Positions 1 to 13,942 are shown, counted from the first letter of the stretch. The stretch: 39,724 bases of DNA from Bigelowiella natans CCMP2755 (GCA_000320545.1 ADNK01000940.1:1-39724); one strand, 5' to 3'. A program made the numbers and translations. The notes: generated by a model from the letters alone, not told the origin.

Positions 1-139
1 CGTCCCCCCTTGAGATAGCCCACAAAGTTCCGGGTTTTTGTCTTTACTTGGTTTTTGGCATCCCCCTTACCTTTCCCCCTTTTTTTTTCCCTCTTTGCCC
101 CCTCTCCCCCCCCCCCCCCGTCTTTCTCCTTTTTACTAC

Positions 140-542
140 CATGCGTATGTTTTGAGAACGTGAAGCGCTCGTACAAGACAACACCACGATTGATGTATGG
201 GCGGAGGATGAGTCTCACGCGATCTGATGTGTTGTTATCGTGGCCATCATAACCATTGAGAGACTAGTACGAGTCATTCGAAAGATGCAAGTCAGCAGCA
301 TATCAGTTGGGAGGGCACACATACATCACAGTGCCAAAACAAAGCGGCTTTTCATGGTAAGACTTGAGAGATTTTATCATTATCAGCCTCGGCTGCTTGC
401 AATACAAGAGTAGTGGCGGTGGTAGTTGCAAGGGGCGATTATAATACCATTACCATGAGAGGATGAATCGGCTACATGAACCAAGAATGCACCCTGGGAG
501 ACATAGAACGCCACCACCTCCTCGATCCATCGCTATACACAT

Positions 543-598
<56 letters not shown>

Positions 599-600
599 CG

Positions 601-635
<35 letters not shown>

Positions 636-945
636 TATGTATGAACGTATTGTATGGCGTGCTATTCCCAACGGTAAACTATCGAATTCAGTGCATATGC
701 TTTTCTTTCTCGGCCATGCGGTACGTGGCAACGATAACAATGGCGCCGCACCTCGCTGTTGACCGTTCGGAACATCACTATGAAGCTGGTTGGTGGCATG
801 TCCGGGTTCTCGTGCATAATGAAGCTTCCAATCGGCATCATCTCTGATGGATAAACGATAGCATAAATCAGGAAAGAGTAGGAGAGACGCTATTTAATGC
901 TGCTGGTACAGCTCAGAGATCCTGCTGTACTGGGATAAATCGACC

Positions 946-977
<32 letters not shown>

Positions 978-1660
978 ATATTTGCCGCAATGTTGCTAAT
1001 GTTTTGAGCTCTGGGTTATTCTTACACAGCACTGCGCACTCACCGTCTTCTCCATTTGGCTGGACAACAAGATGGTTCTCCGTTGTTTCCTCTGGGAAAC
1101 GGTATTTATTCAGCAATACCAAAGAAAGTAGCTACCACTCTGTACTGTGCCTGCTCCTCTCTCTCCTCTCAGAAAAACTATTATATTTACTCTACACACT
1201 AAGAATCTAGACCAAGACTGTTCGGGTTTCCGCGCGCTATCATGATAAAGATTATTGTGGTTTCGAGTCTTGCTTACGAATAAATCCGCATCAAGCTACC
1301 AGCACGTTCTACTTGAAATTTTGTGCTTTCACAAGGGGTTATTACCAAGATGAAAGTCCGTCCTCGTAGGATTATTTATGTATTCCTCCATACTAATTAT
1401 CCCAATGAAGGTTAGCCTGAGTGTAGTCATTATCATCGCCATCGTCATCGTTATTGTTATCATTCTTAAAATCACTGAGCGGTTGCGGCTGAAGGGAATT
1501 TATAGCAGCGATCCAATATGACATCATTATCGTCTTCGGATACGAGCAATTCTCCGATCATTTTCAGTGACAAGTATGATTCGAAAAAGTGATGCAACGA
1601 ACGCGGGGAGGGGGCTGAGATCATACCCCAGAATGAAGGCCAACGACATTTTGTACACAC
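140..1660 (-). CDS. Poorly resolved multi-exon gene, possibly glycosyltransferase family 92-like; boundaries uncertain
   Basis: Phase-consistent GT-AG exons on the minus strand give ...LLNKYRFPEETTENHLVVQPNGED|EMMPIGSFIMHENPDMPPTSFIVMFRTVNSE|GAFLVHVADSSSH. A segment at ~145-265 reads DGHDNNTSDRVRLILRPYINRGVVLY, resembling the GT92 'DN.S.D...L.PYI..G.V.Y' motif. I could not join all exons without stops. Confidence 0.3.
543..631. repeat. Compound intronic microsatellite (CA)n(GA)n(TA)n
   Basis: Directly visible; representative of dozens of SSRs in the introns of this window. Confidence 0.95.
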
Positions 1661-3205
1661 CTATTTATCGATGGGAGGAACAAGGCAGCTCAGTGTTCTT
1701 GCACTTCGGCAGATGATGATGATGAAGCAGATTAGAATCCTTCATACATGATAGGTTCACATTCATTTTGTCCTCCTATCGATCCAAAGCTTCCGCTGGG
1801 CCTGATGAGCCGTGGCCGAACTAGACAGCCTGATGTTGTCACGAGCGTGTTGTTAGAACAGGGGTGGAAGATAACCACAAGAGTGTGTGCCTATCCCAGA
1901 CACAGGGTAGATGCGGTTATACGCTTAAAATAGGTTGAATTACCAAGGAAGTGGTGGGGGGAGCTGGGGGGAGGATGGGGGAGCACTCCAGAGGTGATCG
2001 ATCAATGAAACAGCATTCTGGATTGGTACGTCCACTGCTAGTTTTGTTGTCTTTTCTGGTTCACCGCAGAAACTCCTCCTTTCTGATCTTCCACTGCACT
2101 TTCGACGATCAAGCTGGACTCGTTAATTTATCTTCATTTGCCAACAACGCCCACGATGGAGCCAGCGAGAGAGAGGTCAGAAGCAATGTCCGCCGAGCGG
2201 TCGCTGGCCGAGCAGGCTCGCCGTTTTTTTCCCTGCGACAACTCAAGGTCGTCTCTTATTAGGAAAAGGAATTCCCATTTTGGTCATGCGACATCAGGAA
2301 GATTACATCGCAAATACTACGTCATCTTTTGCATCAAAGCGAAGTTCAATGTTCAATGTTCTATTTTCAGTGTCTTCAAAACCCAAGTTCCGGGTTGCTT
2401 CCGAGCTCCGTTTCGAGCTGCGTTCGAGCTGCTTCCGAGAGTTGCTTGTGAGCTGCGAGCTAATCAAGCACTCGGCAGCTACTTGGTATAATTGCTACTA
2501 AATTACAACCGACTCCTCTCCTCATTTTATCATGGTGACCATAAATCTCATTATTTTAAGTATGTGCGTCGTCGTACGTACGATACATCATAGTTTTGAG
2601 ACATGCTTATTTCTATGTTTTGATTAATGATGTCTTGGTGTGTCCATACCACGGCTCATAAAGAACGGCACACATGCATGTGCGGTGTGTAACCTAGAAT
2701 AATGATCTACGCATGTTCATCACACTACGCGCGCGTGTGCCAACGTGAAATTTAGGAATCAGGGCCAGGCAATTGTCGCATATACGCACGTAAATTTGTA
2801 GAAGTACAAGCTCTTATACAAAGTCTTAGAAGTACGACAGTAGGCGTTACACATGTGTGAAAGATAAAGACTTAAGGCCATTTGTGCGTGGCTAGTCATG
2901 CCGGGCTCTTTTGTCATTTCACTTCTCTATAGCTAGTACTACGGTGTGCCGCGCTAGCTCGTGCGCATGTCTAGACGTCTAGAAGTGCCATGCTAGCATA
3001 GCACCTGCCAACATTTGTCCATGGAGTTGTTATATATAACCGTATTCATTCGCTCGCCTACTGGTGTCATGTAATGAATAAACGACGTGAATCCAGCACA
3101 AACCTAGAATCTAGACATCTAGACATGCAAATTGCTTCATTCTGTTTGTTGACAACCATGCACAAATACTAGAGAAGGTGCTACAAGATTTAATCTGAAT
3201 CCTCT

Positions 3206-4084
3206 CTATGCTTTCTTTTTCCTCCTTTTTTGGTTATTATTCGAGTAACTATTATTGTTGGGGCTGCTCGTATGCTTTTGTTTCTTCCTCTTCTTTGCAG
3301 GAGACAAAGCAGGTTTCTTGAGGTTGCTTCTATCACTTTTGTTGTGATTACTATAACTGATATCGCTACTAAAGTTATTGTTATTCTTTTTCTTTTTCTG
3401 TTTCTTCTTAGTCTTCTTTTTCTTCATTCTGAGTTCTGCAGCTGCTACTGAGGCCATGGCTTCCCTACAAAAATCCCAAAATGATCCTTTTGAACAAGCT
3501 AAAGAACACTGCGAAGTGAAAAACATGCTGCGGTCTATTGTTCATAATATATTAGATTGTATTAGCACCTTATCGCTACTTCTGAGTCGTCGTTATCGGG
3601 ACTGCCGTCATTGTGTTTGCCACACATTGTCTTCTTCTCATCGCCATCATTGTCATTTTTGCCAAAGTGCTTGACCTCCGTTGCCGGCGCAACTTCGAAA
3701 TCATCGTCTCCTTCCCCTACATCTTCCTTATTTTTCTCACCATCTCTACCTTGATACCGACGACGAGTGGTACCTTTTCTATGTTGGCGTTGCTGCAAGT
3801 AGTAGTCATCATCGTCCTCATCGTCTTCATCATCCATTTCATCCTCATCTGGAGGGATCCAGAACTCAGAATCACCACCATTGCTCTTGTATTGCTGCAA
3901 CTTCTTTCGCTTCGCTTCTCTTCGTTCCGCACGAGCACGTTTTCGTGCTAGCGTTTCCATCTTCTCCTCCAATTTGCGCAGATATCTCCGCCCCTGTTCA
4001 AAACGAATGAAATTTAGCGGTGGAGATAGGAAATTGAAGGAGAGAAAGAAAGAGGGATTTACTAATGTAGTATCCGCTGCAATC

Positions 4085-4173
<89 letters not shown>

Positions 4174-4876
4174 AATATTACATATATCAAAATTTTGAAA
4201 GTGAGAATCTATCATCCACTGTACATAGTGTTTGGTTAATATCCACAGATTGTAGCTACAAATTTCACACACTTATGACCTCAACGTGCCGCTTGATCTC
4301 ATCAATGTCACGGTTTAGCGTGTCTTTCGTCAGGACACAGAACGCCTTGTTTTTTTCGAACTTTATAATGCTCAGAATTAATCATACCATTTGGCCACAG
4401 GCAGATTCAATGTTGTTCCTCTTTGAGATGCAAAGAGGACAGCAGTATCTGCGAGCATGATACTACTCGATACCGTTCACTACCTTATGGGGGATGATCC
4501 ATTCGAATTCTTCCAAGTTGACAGCCTCTCCAGTCTTGTAGGCTCGTTTTCTACATTACATCGTTGCAGCATCGTAGAGTGGATGATCTTCTTGTCATTT
4601 GATCACAGACAGAAAAGCTATAATATCCTCTCCCTCCCTCCCCCTATTCACAGTCCCCAGTTTTCGCGTTTACTTCTTCTTATAGCTCTTTCCAGACCAA
4701 TGTTTTTCCATCGCTTCTAAGTCCTTGGTCATCTCGTGGCCAGTGACGAGACATTTAATCTGTTAAAGGCGTATTGAGTACATACGCGAGTGAAGTAAAA
4801 AAAAAAGGCTTTGCCCAACCTTTCCGTTAGCTAGCAGCTGTATCTCATCCTTATGTTTTTTCAAAAACCGCTTCAT
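3206..4876 (-). CDS. SURF2: Surfeit locus protein 2 homologue (about 6 exons)
   Basis: Spliced product MKRFLKKHKDEIQLLANGK|IKCLVTGHEMTKDLEAMEKHWSGKSYKK..EEFEWIIPHK|..KAFCVLTKDTLNRDIDEIKRHVE|GRRYLRKLEEK..EFWIPP.. It shows the two SURF2 C-x-L/V-T...H..G-K/R-x-Y repeats, then acidic and Lys-rich tails. Stop at 3206-3208. Confidence 0.85.
4087..4173. repeat. (CT)n(CA)n microsatellite in a SURF2 intron
   Basis: Directly visible; accounts for the VCVC/ERER runs in the ORF track. Confidence 0.95.
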
Positions 4877-5309
4877 CTCTTAGGCTCGCCTGCAAGAAAT
4901 GCAACTTCCGATCAGTCGATCGAAGAGAAAGCAGAAAAAAATGCTATTTGTTTGCCCGATCCTGGCCCGAAACCAAAAGTACGGGTAAAATTCGAATGAA
5001 AAGTTATAGATTCACCTGTATTGAGATGCTTGGTTGCCCTCCCCCCTTATTTCTGAATCTAAACACTTGCTCGTGGCCCGGCAGGCCTGCGACTCGACGA
5101 TCTGTTAATTTAGCCTTTCAAATAAAGGTAAATAATTCTTTGCGACAAAGGATTAAAGTTGTCGCAGATACATATTCAAGACAAATTCTCCGATAATAAC
5201 ACGCTTTATCCCGAGCTTAGTAAAAACTCCAGAAGAACTCTGGAGGTTTTCAGTTCGCAATCAGATTTCCATATGGATTTCATGTCGTAGCGATCCAAAG
5301 CAACACGCT

Positions 5310-7147
5310 AAAACCCAGCATGTCTTTCAATTTTCAGAGGGACTTTGAGGAGAGCCGGGAACTTTTGGAGAAATTTCTTATTTTTTATCCCGAAACATAG
5401 TCTACGAGATCCTAGGCGTAGGACAAAATTGAGTGGTAATTTTGGAATAGTTTGGGTTCTCAAGAGAAGTGACCCGGCTGAAAAATTTCCACATGAAATC
5501 CTCCGTTCTCTTTCCCATTTCAACAGTGACACATGGTACCATTACGGCCTAAAACTAATATAAATATAGCGTAACGTCATACTTTCATCCCTGACGCACA
5601 TAATGAAAGAATTACATTTTTCATTTCGTGAGCTGTAGAAAGAGGAGGATAGATCTGAGGAAGCTCGAATGTCCTTGCCCTGGATCCAGAGCATAGTTCT
5701 TACCAACTGCAAGCGACAACGAATATTCGATGTCGCAGATATATATTTGCGATTTAATGGACTAATAACCTTTGAAATCTGTGCAGATTATTTCTGATCC
5801 CTCTTCCCTTCCCTTCCCCCCCCGAGTCACCTCATCGTAACAAAGCATGGGAGATAACGGGAGGAAGCAAAAGGACAGCTGTGCGTGTCGCCCTCGTGGC
5901 ATGGGGTTTTTAATGTGCTTTTCCCAGGTATTGGCAAGAGGTGAGGGTGGAGGAGAAGGAAGCTGTTTTCGGGGCTGACCTCATCACCGTTGGCTAACAC
6001 TTTGATGAGTTTGTACGTTCAAAATACATCACAACTCGACAGTCTGGCTTCAAAAGCGGGTGTAAATGATGAACATTCTTTTCTCTTGTGCAAAATCGAA
6101 CCCCCCCTTTAGGACCAGATCAAGCAGCATAAGAATGCGAAAGATATCCAGGAGCTCAAGAGGTTCTTCAAATAAACTTGCATATAAAGTCTAGGAGCCT
6201 AGACATGTATTGTTGGGAATTGGATATTAAACCTAAAGCATCTATAGTGCAGATTGGACAGGAATATGATCGTGAAATTGAGTGTAAATTGAAAACAGGC
6301 AACGGGACGAACTTCGGGAGCAGCTGGAGCAGCTTGAGGAGCCAGACCAACATAGATCAGGATCTCGCGTACGGAGGCCTGGGAGAACAAAGATTGGTGG
6401 TAGCAATCTTGCAAGGCCGAGACCGACGCGACCCAGACGCTCGGAAGGGGACGATGCCAATGGTGGAAGGTGTGTGCATGCTTACTAGAAATGACGGAAC
6501 GGGACGAAAGTCTAGGGAGAAATGGAGGAGAGATTGAAGTATAGGTTTAACACATACTTGCCCACGTGTGTGTTAATATAATCAAGGCCTGTGTAAATAT
6601 TCATATGATTTGAGTGTTTATGTATGCATTGCATACGTGTTTTGGTGTGTTCTGTGTGTTTTCTGGGGGGGGGTTGAGATTAGTATCCCAGCCATTAGAT
6701 GGGTGAGTCAACGTACCCATCTGTTTTACCTTTTTGATTCAGATTTTCATCGTCAATGGGGGGTAGCATGGATGAGGCAGCTAAGATGCAAGGAACAATA
6801 GACCTGCTAAAGGAGCAACAAAAGATACAGAAGGAGGCCCACACGCACACTGTACTTAAGAAGGACGAGGAGCTGAAAGCCAAAGACATAGAAATTCATC
6901 ATCTCAGGTACGCAGTGATTACAGTGCTGCACCAAAAACACCACCTGTCTAGTTGTTTGAAGACATTTTGTTTGTGTGTGGTGTCCACCTGTCCCACATT
7001 CTTTCTTCTTCCTTTGATACAGAGAGAGGTTGGAGAAGATGGAGGCCGAGCAAGCGGGAATACGAGATAAGGCTCGCAGGGTCCCTCATACTCCTCCCCC
7101 AAAACTTTAAATACATAATACAAAATTTAAGTGAGTTCGTGCGCGCA

Positions 7148-7201
<54 letters not shown>

Positions 7202-9521
7202 GTCTGTTTATCTAGCCACTCTGTGAAACCCAAACTTCGCTCAAAGTGCCTTTGCACCTCTGCAACAACAAACACTCTAGGCCGACGAGCAAAGTGACCA
7301 AATAGATGCCATGCACACTCGTGTCAAGGCGCTTGAGAAGCAGATCGTACAGAGGGTAATGGCGTTTCTAACATATGCTAAAAGGGAGCACGGTCCACGG
7401 TACGAACGCAAAATAAACCGTCGCTGAGATGCCTTCTGTGTCGTTGCTGCATTGCTTTGCCCAGGATGAGAAGATACGCAATCTGGATACAAACCCAGAG
7501 AAGTTCATGCAGCTCCAAAAGTAATAAGCACGCACCGACTTTGAATTGTTCCTGAGTTTTACCGGCCGTGTTCGTCATTGTCACGCTCCCACCCACCCAC
7601 CCACCCATCCACCCACCCCCTCCCGCACGCACGCATCACTCACTGCGATAGAGACAAAGGAGAGGTTGTTTTTCCACCACCCAACTCCTTGCAGCAGCAG
7701 TGCTCTTTTCTAACGCATATGCACATCAAAACCACCACCACCACAGATATGTGCACGAGGAGCTTACTCGCTACGTCGAGCGGATAATGCGAAGCCTGGA
7801 AGAATGCCGCAAGCAACAGAAGGAGGCCTACTCTATCATCTCCGAGCTCCGTAAGGCGATAACCATCGAGATTGCGCGAAAAGTAGAAGTACTCGGCAAG
7901 AAGCTGGAGGCTTCGTCGGAGGAGGGGGATGCGTGGGGTAGTCGGCTCTCACAGCAGGACGTCACGCTGCAGAAACTGAAGAAAGAGTTGCGTGAGCTGA
8001 GGGCTCAGACGCACAAAGTGGACGTCACCTTCGAGGCTTTCAAGCAGCAGGTGGTGCTACTTGTAAAGTAGGCGCGATTGCTTCCTCTCCTCCCGCGCTG
8101 CTTTTGGGAGTTCGTGCAGTATGATTGATTCCCCCCGCATACTCGTTCCTTGCTTTTCCTTTTTGGGTCGTTTGCCTGATCTTTGTTGGGGTTGTCTGCC
8201 TCTCTGTGTCTTTGCTCGTTTTTACGCCTTCTTCGATTCTACAGCAATCGCTGCAGAAGCTACAAACGGACTCTGCAAGCAGCGTGGGGTCCGGCCCGTC
8301 ACCGCTACCCGAAAGCTCGTTGAAATCATCTACCTCGGAGCCATCATTCGACCAGAAAGTGATGACCGCTGCAGCCTTTCCTTCTGATATTTTCCCCTCT
8401 CTATTTCTCACCGTTTTCTTGGTTGAGCCGCCGGGTTCAAATCCAAATCCCGAATTGCAATTTTTAAGTATTTTTAATTTTGATTCGTCATCACTGTAAC
8501 ATTATCCATCTTCACCATACTACCAGCAACAACAGCAGCACAAATTCGACGGCATGAAAGCGGACGTGTCGCGTATTGACGCAGCGGCAATAGCGCGGCA
8601 GGAACAGGTCCAGAAGCTGAATTCTTTAATGAACAATAATAGCATGCGCTTGTTGCTGATGGTGTAGCCGCCGTCCTCGCATCATTACTTACACTCAAAA
8701 ATGCTATACGAAGGTGGATTCCATGATCGAGAACAACACGTTCATGAAGAAGGAACTGGACAAAAGAAGCCAGGTGTGCTGCTGCTGCTGCTGCTGCTAT
8801 CTTTCTATGCTTGCTTGGCGATATAAATAAAGTAGAAATTAAATGGTACACACATGTTTATTTTCTATAATTATGGATTTTAATACATCAATGTGTCGTC
8901 GAATCAACACATAACCTGCACGGCGATCGCCGCGCCGGAAAAATATGCGAAACCCGCCTGGAATTCTGAATCCAAGATCTGCCCCCACCTCCCCCCCCCC
9001 CCCTCCGTCACCAGGAGACCGAAAGCAGCATCTCCGAGCTGCTGACTGTATCTCGCAAGAACTCGAATGCTAATAGCTACGTCAACGACGCCACCCGAAG
9101 GTTGGACAATACACAGTCGCGTTTGGACGACCAAATCCAGCCCGCCGCCACCCGCGCGGATAAGCTTGTCACGAACCTCTCTGAAAAGATGCTCGCGGGG
9201 GGGGCAACCCAGGTAGTATTGTAGTATTGTAGTTACTGAGTCAACTGAACTTTTCTGTGCCCAGGCATTTCACTGATGGTGCTTACTCATAGAAAGAGAG
9301 AGGGGGGGGGGAGACAACAATTTTTGAACATTCGTTGCCGTTGCTTCTGCTCTATTTAATTAATGCGAACGTTTACCCTGCGTACTTCAGCGGATATCGA
9401 GCACCTGTCTCGCTCCTCACCCGGAGGATACTACTACAGCGGCGAAGGAGATGGCAGTCAATCTTCCTCGTGGCTTGGAAATTTCAGCGTCCTAAACAAT
9501 ATCAAGTTCACGTGGGACTGA
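5310..9521 (+). CDS. Multi-exon coiled-coil protein of unknown function; start and last exon uncertain
   Basis: AG/GT-bounded exons with heptad-like content: QRDELREQLEQLEE (~6300), MDEAAKMQGTIDLLKEQQKIQKE (~6770), ERLEKMEAEQ (~7025), ADEQSDQIDAMHTRVKALEKQIVQR (~7281), YVHEELTRYVER..FKQQ (7748-8050), VDSMIENNTFMKKELDKRSQ (~8714), ETESSISELL.. (~9015). Confidence 0.65.
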
Positions 9522-10451
9522 TAAGTAGAGAGCCGCTCGTGCATAAACACCACCAAAATAACCCCCCGCTCTAATTAACTGTGACAGTCGCTAGCCAATG
9601 GTGGTAGGAGATACTATATATAAGATCACGTTTTAAGGGAGACAAGGCTGCTGTGCTGTGGACACGTAGTGGGCCTTGTGTTTTGAAACAAGAAGCTGCA
9701 AACACCGCCTATTCATCAATCCGATTCGATTCCTTTTTCTAACAAAATAGAGGCGATCCATTGCGCAGACTAACGTCCACAATTCTGCGTCTTGCTTTTC
9801 AAATATGCATGTGCACACTCATACTAATCGATCCTTGCAAAAATTGACACGGTGAAACTGTTATTAGTTCACTTGAACAAATGTGAACATGCATGCTAGC
9901 ATGCGCTGTAATGGACTAGTGGACAGCAGGCCCAGATAGCCAGTTTCATGATATAGTGTATTGCTGTGTCTATTATTTTCACGCACAGAACGCGCGTTGT
10001 GCATTCCATGCATGATCATCAATTGAATTTGTGAACATGCCTGCGCTCACAGCAGTTCATCACAATGCCCCCACACTACACTAGCATGATTGACTGCTCA
10101 CTCCAGATTTTGAGAACTCTGGCTCTCAATGTGCGCGCATCACAACTGTATTGTCTCACCGCCCATCATTGTCGCCACAGCCAAGTAAAGTCTAGAAAGT
10201 GCCAGATGTGGCGCCTTACGTTGTACCAAACGGCTTAATAGCGCTTTGCTGTTTTAGCACTCTCATGTGCCCTGTGCCCAATCAAAGTACACGTCGATGA
10301 AAACATGAAATCACATTCAAAAATTTAATTTGTCATTGAGCTCGTTGCACATTTTTAGAATTACATGTCAGTCTCGATGGAAGGTACACATTGTCGCGCT
10401 CAACATGAGTCAGGAATTCTTCATGGCTCACCAGTTTCTAGATCTTAAAAA

Positions 10452-11516
10452 TCAAAAATCAAAGAGCTGCTCAAGTGGAAGACTGAAGTATCTAGCTCTA
10501 TCGTCAAGTGGGACAGCGATTGGAGGGGGTTCCGCATGACTCTCAGAGGGTTTGTCTACCAACTCGTTGGACTCATTAGAAAGTCTCAGAGTTTCATATA
10601 TTGTTCGCTGTTTCGTTTGCACTTCGGCAGAGCGGAACATGTTGGAATTTTTACCATCGTAGTTCCTCATTGGATCACTTGATAATTGCTCACTCAGGGA
10701 GAACGGCGATAGTGTGATGTCTGAACCGATGGATGGCCAACTTTTGAATGTGCGGGTTTCGTCGTTATCGCTATCGTCTGAACTAGAAGGCATCTTCGAT
10801 ATAGTTCTGTATCGCTTTGTACTATGCTGAGAATAAGATGCAGACAATTTCACTTTGCTTACGGAGTCTGTTTCCCGTGCTCTCCTTCTCGTACAAAATT
10901 TAATTTGACGGCAAACTGTAGGAGCAGAATCAGAGGCAGAGTCAGGAGGAGAACTTAGAAAAGAACTTGGATAGGAAATTGGAGGAGAATCGGGTGGAGA
11001 AGAAGGAGGGACGCTTGGAGGGGAGCTTGGTTGTGAACTTGGATCAGAACTTGAAGGAGAACTCAGGCTGTTCTCATCGGTTGAAACATCGCGATTGTAA
11101 ATGTTTCTCGCTAGCACGTCTATTTGGGGAAAGATTTCACCTATCTTTTTGGGAGGTATGGATCCCACTTTCTTTCCTACGAGTCCCAAATATCTCCTTC
11201 GGATTTCTTCTGTACCAGGGCAGGATTTGCCGATATGCCTGTGCATGGCGAAGATATCAAATCCAGCTCTCTTCGTTTTTTTAAGGAATCCATCCTTCCC
11301 GTGCTTAGTTAGAGCCCGCCCGATCGTAAGTATGCATTTAATGCAAAATGGGCAACGCATTGTAACATGCTTCTTCTCAGGGCGGACTCTGATGCCCTCT
11401 GGGGGCGCCGAACAGCACGTCTCGCACCATCCACCTGGAGAAAGGTCGCTCGTTCCACAGCATTCGCATGTTCGCAAATTTGGAGGCAGGGCTTTCAGTT
11501 CGGTGTACATCTGCTC

Positions 11517-11547
<31 letters not shown>

Positions 11548-11582
11548 CGATGATGATGGTGGTGATGATGGGCTGAATCCAT
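10452..11582 (-). CDS. Cys/His-rich putative zinc-finger protein with a Ser/Pro-rich low-complexity region
   Basis: 376-aa uninterrupted ORF with CECC-x10-WCETCC, CPFC...MHRHIGKSCP and PSS repeats. The N-terminal His run is a (CAT)n tract ending in CAG and is probably intronic, so the true start may lie further 5' (~11700). Confidence 0.65.
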
Positions 11583-12200
11583 GGTACGGGTGTAGAGAGC
11601 TTCGAATGTGCGATAGGCCGATGCTTTTTGAGTTGTCCTGTGAGCGAGGGGTAAGAAGCACCTTGAGTCCCATCATTCTGACCAAAAACGGAGGGCATTT
11701 AAGCTCAGATTCACGGCTTTAAGTTGGTTTTTTAGAAAATTCGGCAAAACCATGTTGGAGCAGTGGGAGAGTGGGAGTCCAGGACGAGCATGTCAAGATA
11801 TCCATCGGCCGGGTTGACTTGAGAAAGCGGGCCGAAATTGGATGGCGTTTTATTGATGCGGCATCAACTATTTGTGAAAATCGTCAAAGGACGAAATCCT
11901 GGCAGTCGAACGAATTTGGGCGATTTCACCGTAAAACTTACATGTATAAATAAACGCAGGCGATTCGACTTTTTGTGCTGGATCAAGTCAACCTACTTCC
12001 CAAGAAAAGGCGGCCTCGGGCGTCCAACATCCAACGGATGGAGAAAGTGCGTACGAGCGCCAGCTCTAGATAGTCCGGAGTCCTGCTTGTTTCCCCCCGT
12101 TATTCCCCGGGCAGTAGATAAGAATAACCGGATGGTAATCTCCGCAGAGACTCTCCAGATTCGGTCGGATCCCTAACCTCTCGGTATCCCCGAGCAAGAG

Positions 12201-13904
12201 ATGGAGCAGGGGATTATGGGGGGCCCTTGCAGTAGCTGTAGCCATTATCAGAGATATCAGCTAGGAGAATGGAAACGGTCTCGATGCTGTTTGAAGAGAG
12301 CAGCCTCCATTGCCGTGATAGCGTGGGCCTGCAGCTCTTTACTTTGGGGCGGAATTAATGATTTGTTGCTGCCAGTTGGTACTCGATGTCCATCGAGCAG
12401 TCGGGGTGTGCATGCACAACGAAGTTTCCAGAAGTCGCTTTGTGAACGCGAGAATATGCGAAATGGGTTTCAATGGGGAGATGCGAGAAGGATACGAATG
12501 GCCACCCTTACACGCTCACAGCACAACTCCACGTTGAACATGGAGCGTGATCGTGTACCAACCACGCACGTTCCTATCCAAACAAGTCCTCAGAACCGTG
12601 AGAACCAGGTTTGGCGGAAGTAGACTTTGTGGGTAGCTTGGGTGATGAGTGAAGTGAGCAGATGATATTGCCCCAAGTTGGCGCATTCGAGGAGGGGGGA
12701 TGAGTGAGGACTGATGTCATAGCGTGCGGGAAGAATGAGCACCCGTCACTCCCTTGTTAATATTTCCAATCTCACAGTTGTCATCATTCCATCTTCTACG
12801 TCTGCGTTGCCTCTTGAACTCAAACCTAAACCTTGCTTTGCCTGCTTCATTTTCCCGGCCTTCCAGGTGATGGTGCCGAGGATTTTGTTTGGAGCGAGGG
12901 GTCTGGGCTCGGCTACGTTCTCCGCGGTTGTAAGAATTCATGCAAATCGTATAGCTAGCTACTAGACTGTTTGCCAGTTTTAGCAACCTTATAATAGTCA
13001 TCGCTCAATGTTTCTCGCGTTCGTGTCCACTCACCGGTAGCCGAGAACACAGCAAACGATTATTATGTGGCATTACCTAGGTGTCATCGGCACTCGGAGC
13101 AGGATTCTTGGGGCTTGATAGCTCGAACCTCCCGCGGTTTTTCAACGAGAATGCTGTGGGTGCAGCAATTTCTTCGTGTACCATCGGTCGCTGTGAGGAC
13201 AAGCAAAAAAAAGGACGGGAAACTTCTCAGGACAGCGATGAAAACTATGATAGAAATGACTGCAACTCCAGTAAGGAAAATCACGACGACAGAGACGTAC
13301 GTATTGTGTTTATTCAAAGTATTCTATTCTCAAAAAGACCTTTGCCTACGCACAAATGCCCTCCCCAATGTTCAGTGAAGTGAAGAATGCGGCTCGCACG
13401 CGCGAGCTGGAATAGGGTTTCGATAACAAAACGAATACATCATCAGCAGTAGATCAGAAATTTGAGCTAGTACATTAGCTTATTAACCACATCTCCCCCC
13501 CCCCCCCCCCCCCCTCCCTTTCTCCACTCATTACTACATGCGTACAGTATGAAGAGCTCTACGTCCAGACAAAGTTTGTCCCTCTGCGGCTTCAGGATTC
13601 TCAGGTGGGGGGTGGTGATAGGGTGCACAGCTTCCTTTGTGGCGAACTTTCTGTTAGTTTTGGTGTTCCTTTCATCCCTCGTCTTTCCGTGCCTGAAAAG
13701 CTATCACCGCCTCTCTTCCATCCTGCAACAATCTAAGATTCTCGTCGTAAACTTCCCATCCTGTTTGAATTTGAGGTTGTAATGATAATAGAATTATACC
13801 CTCAGGCCCGCTACTCCGAGCATGGATCGATCAAAGACCAGGTGGATGTGTGTCAGCCCATTTCCTCCTCAATCCCTCTCTCTTCTTTCTCTCCCTCCTT
13901 TCTT

Positions 13905-13942
<38 letters not shown>

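Noticed and set aside
1-135. Extreme C/T tract at the window start
   Set aside because: It looks like intronic low complexity or low-quality sequence, with no interpretable structure.
5222-5250. Hairpin aaaactccaga-N5-tctggaggtttt
   Set aside because: A single short imperfect inverted repeat with no TSD or second copy; compatible with chance.
8040-8851. Minus-strand ORFs 8040-8411 and 8474-8851 as a separate gene
   Set aside because: They are antisense to plus-strand exons that continue the coiled-coil gene in phase.
11517-11572. Poly-His N-terminus of the 376-aa ORF
   Set aside because: It is a (CAT)n microsatellite like those in many introns here and ends at a CAG acceptor, so it is probably intronic.
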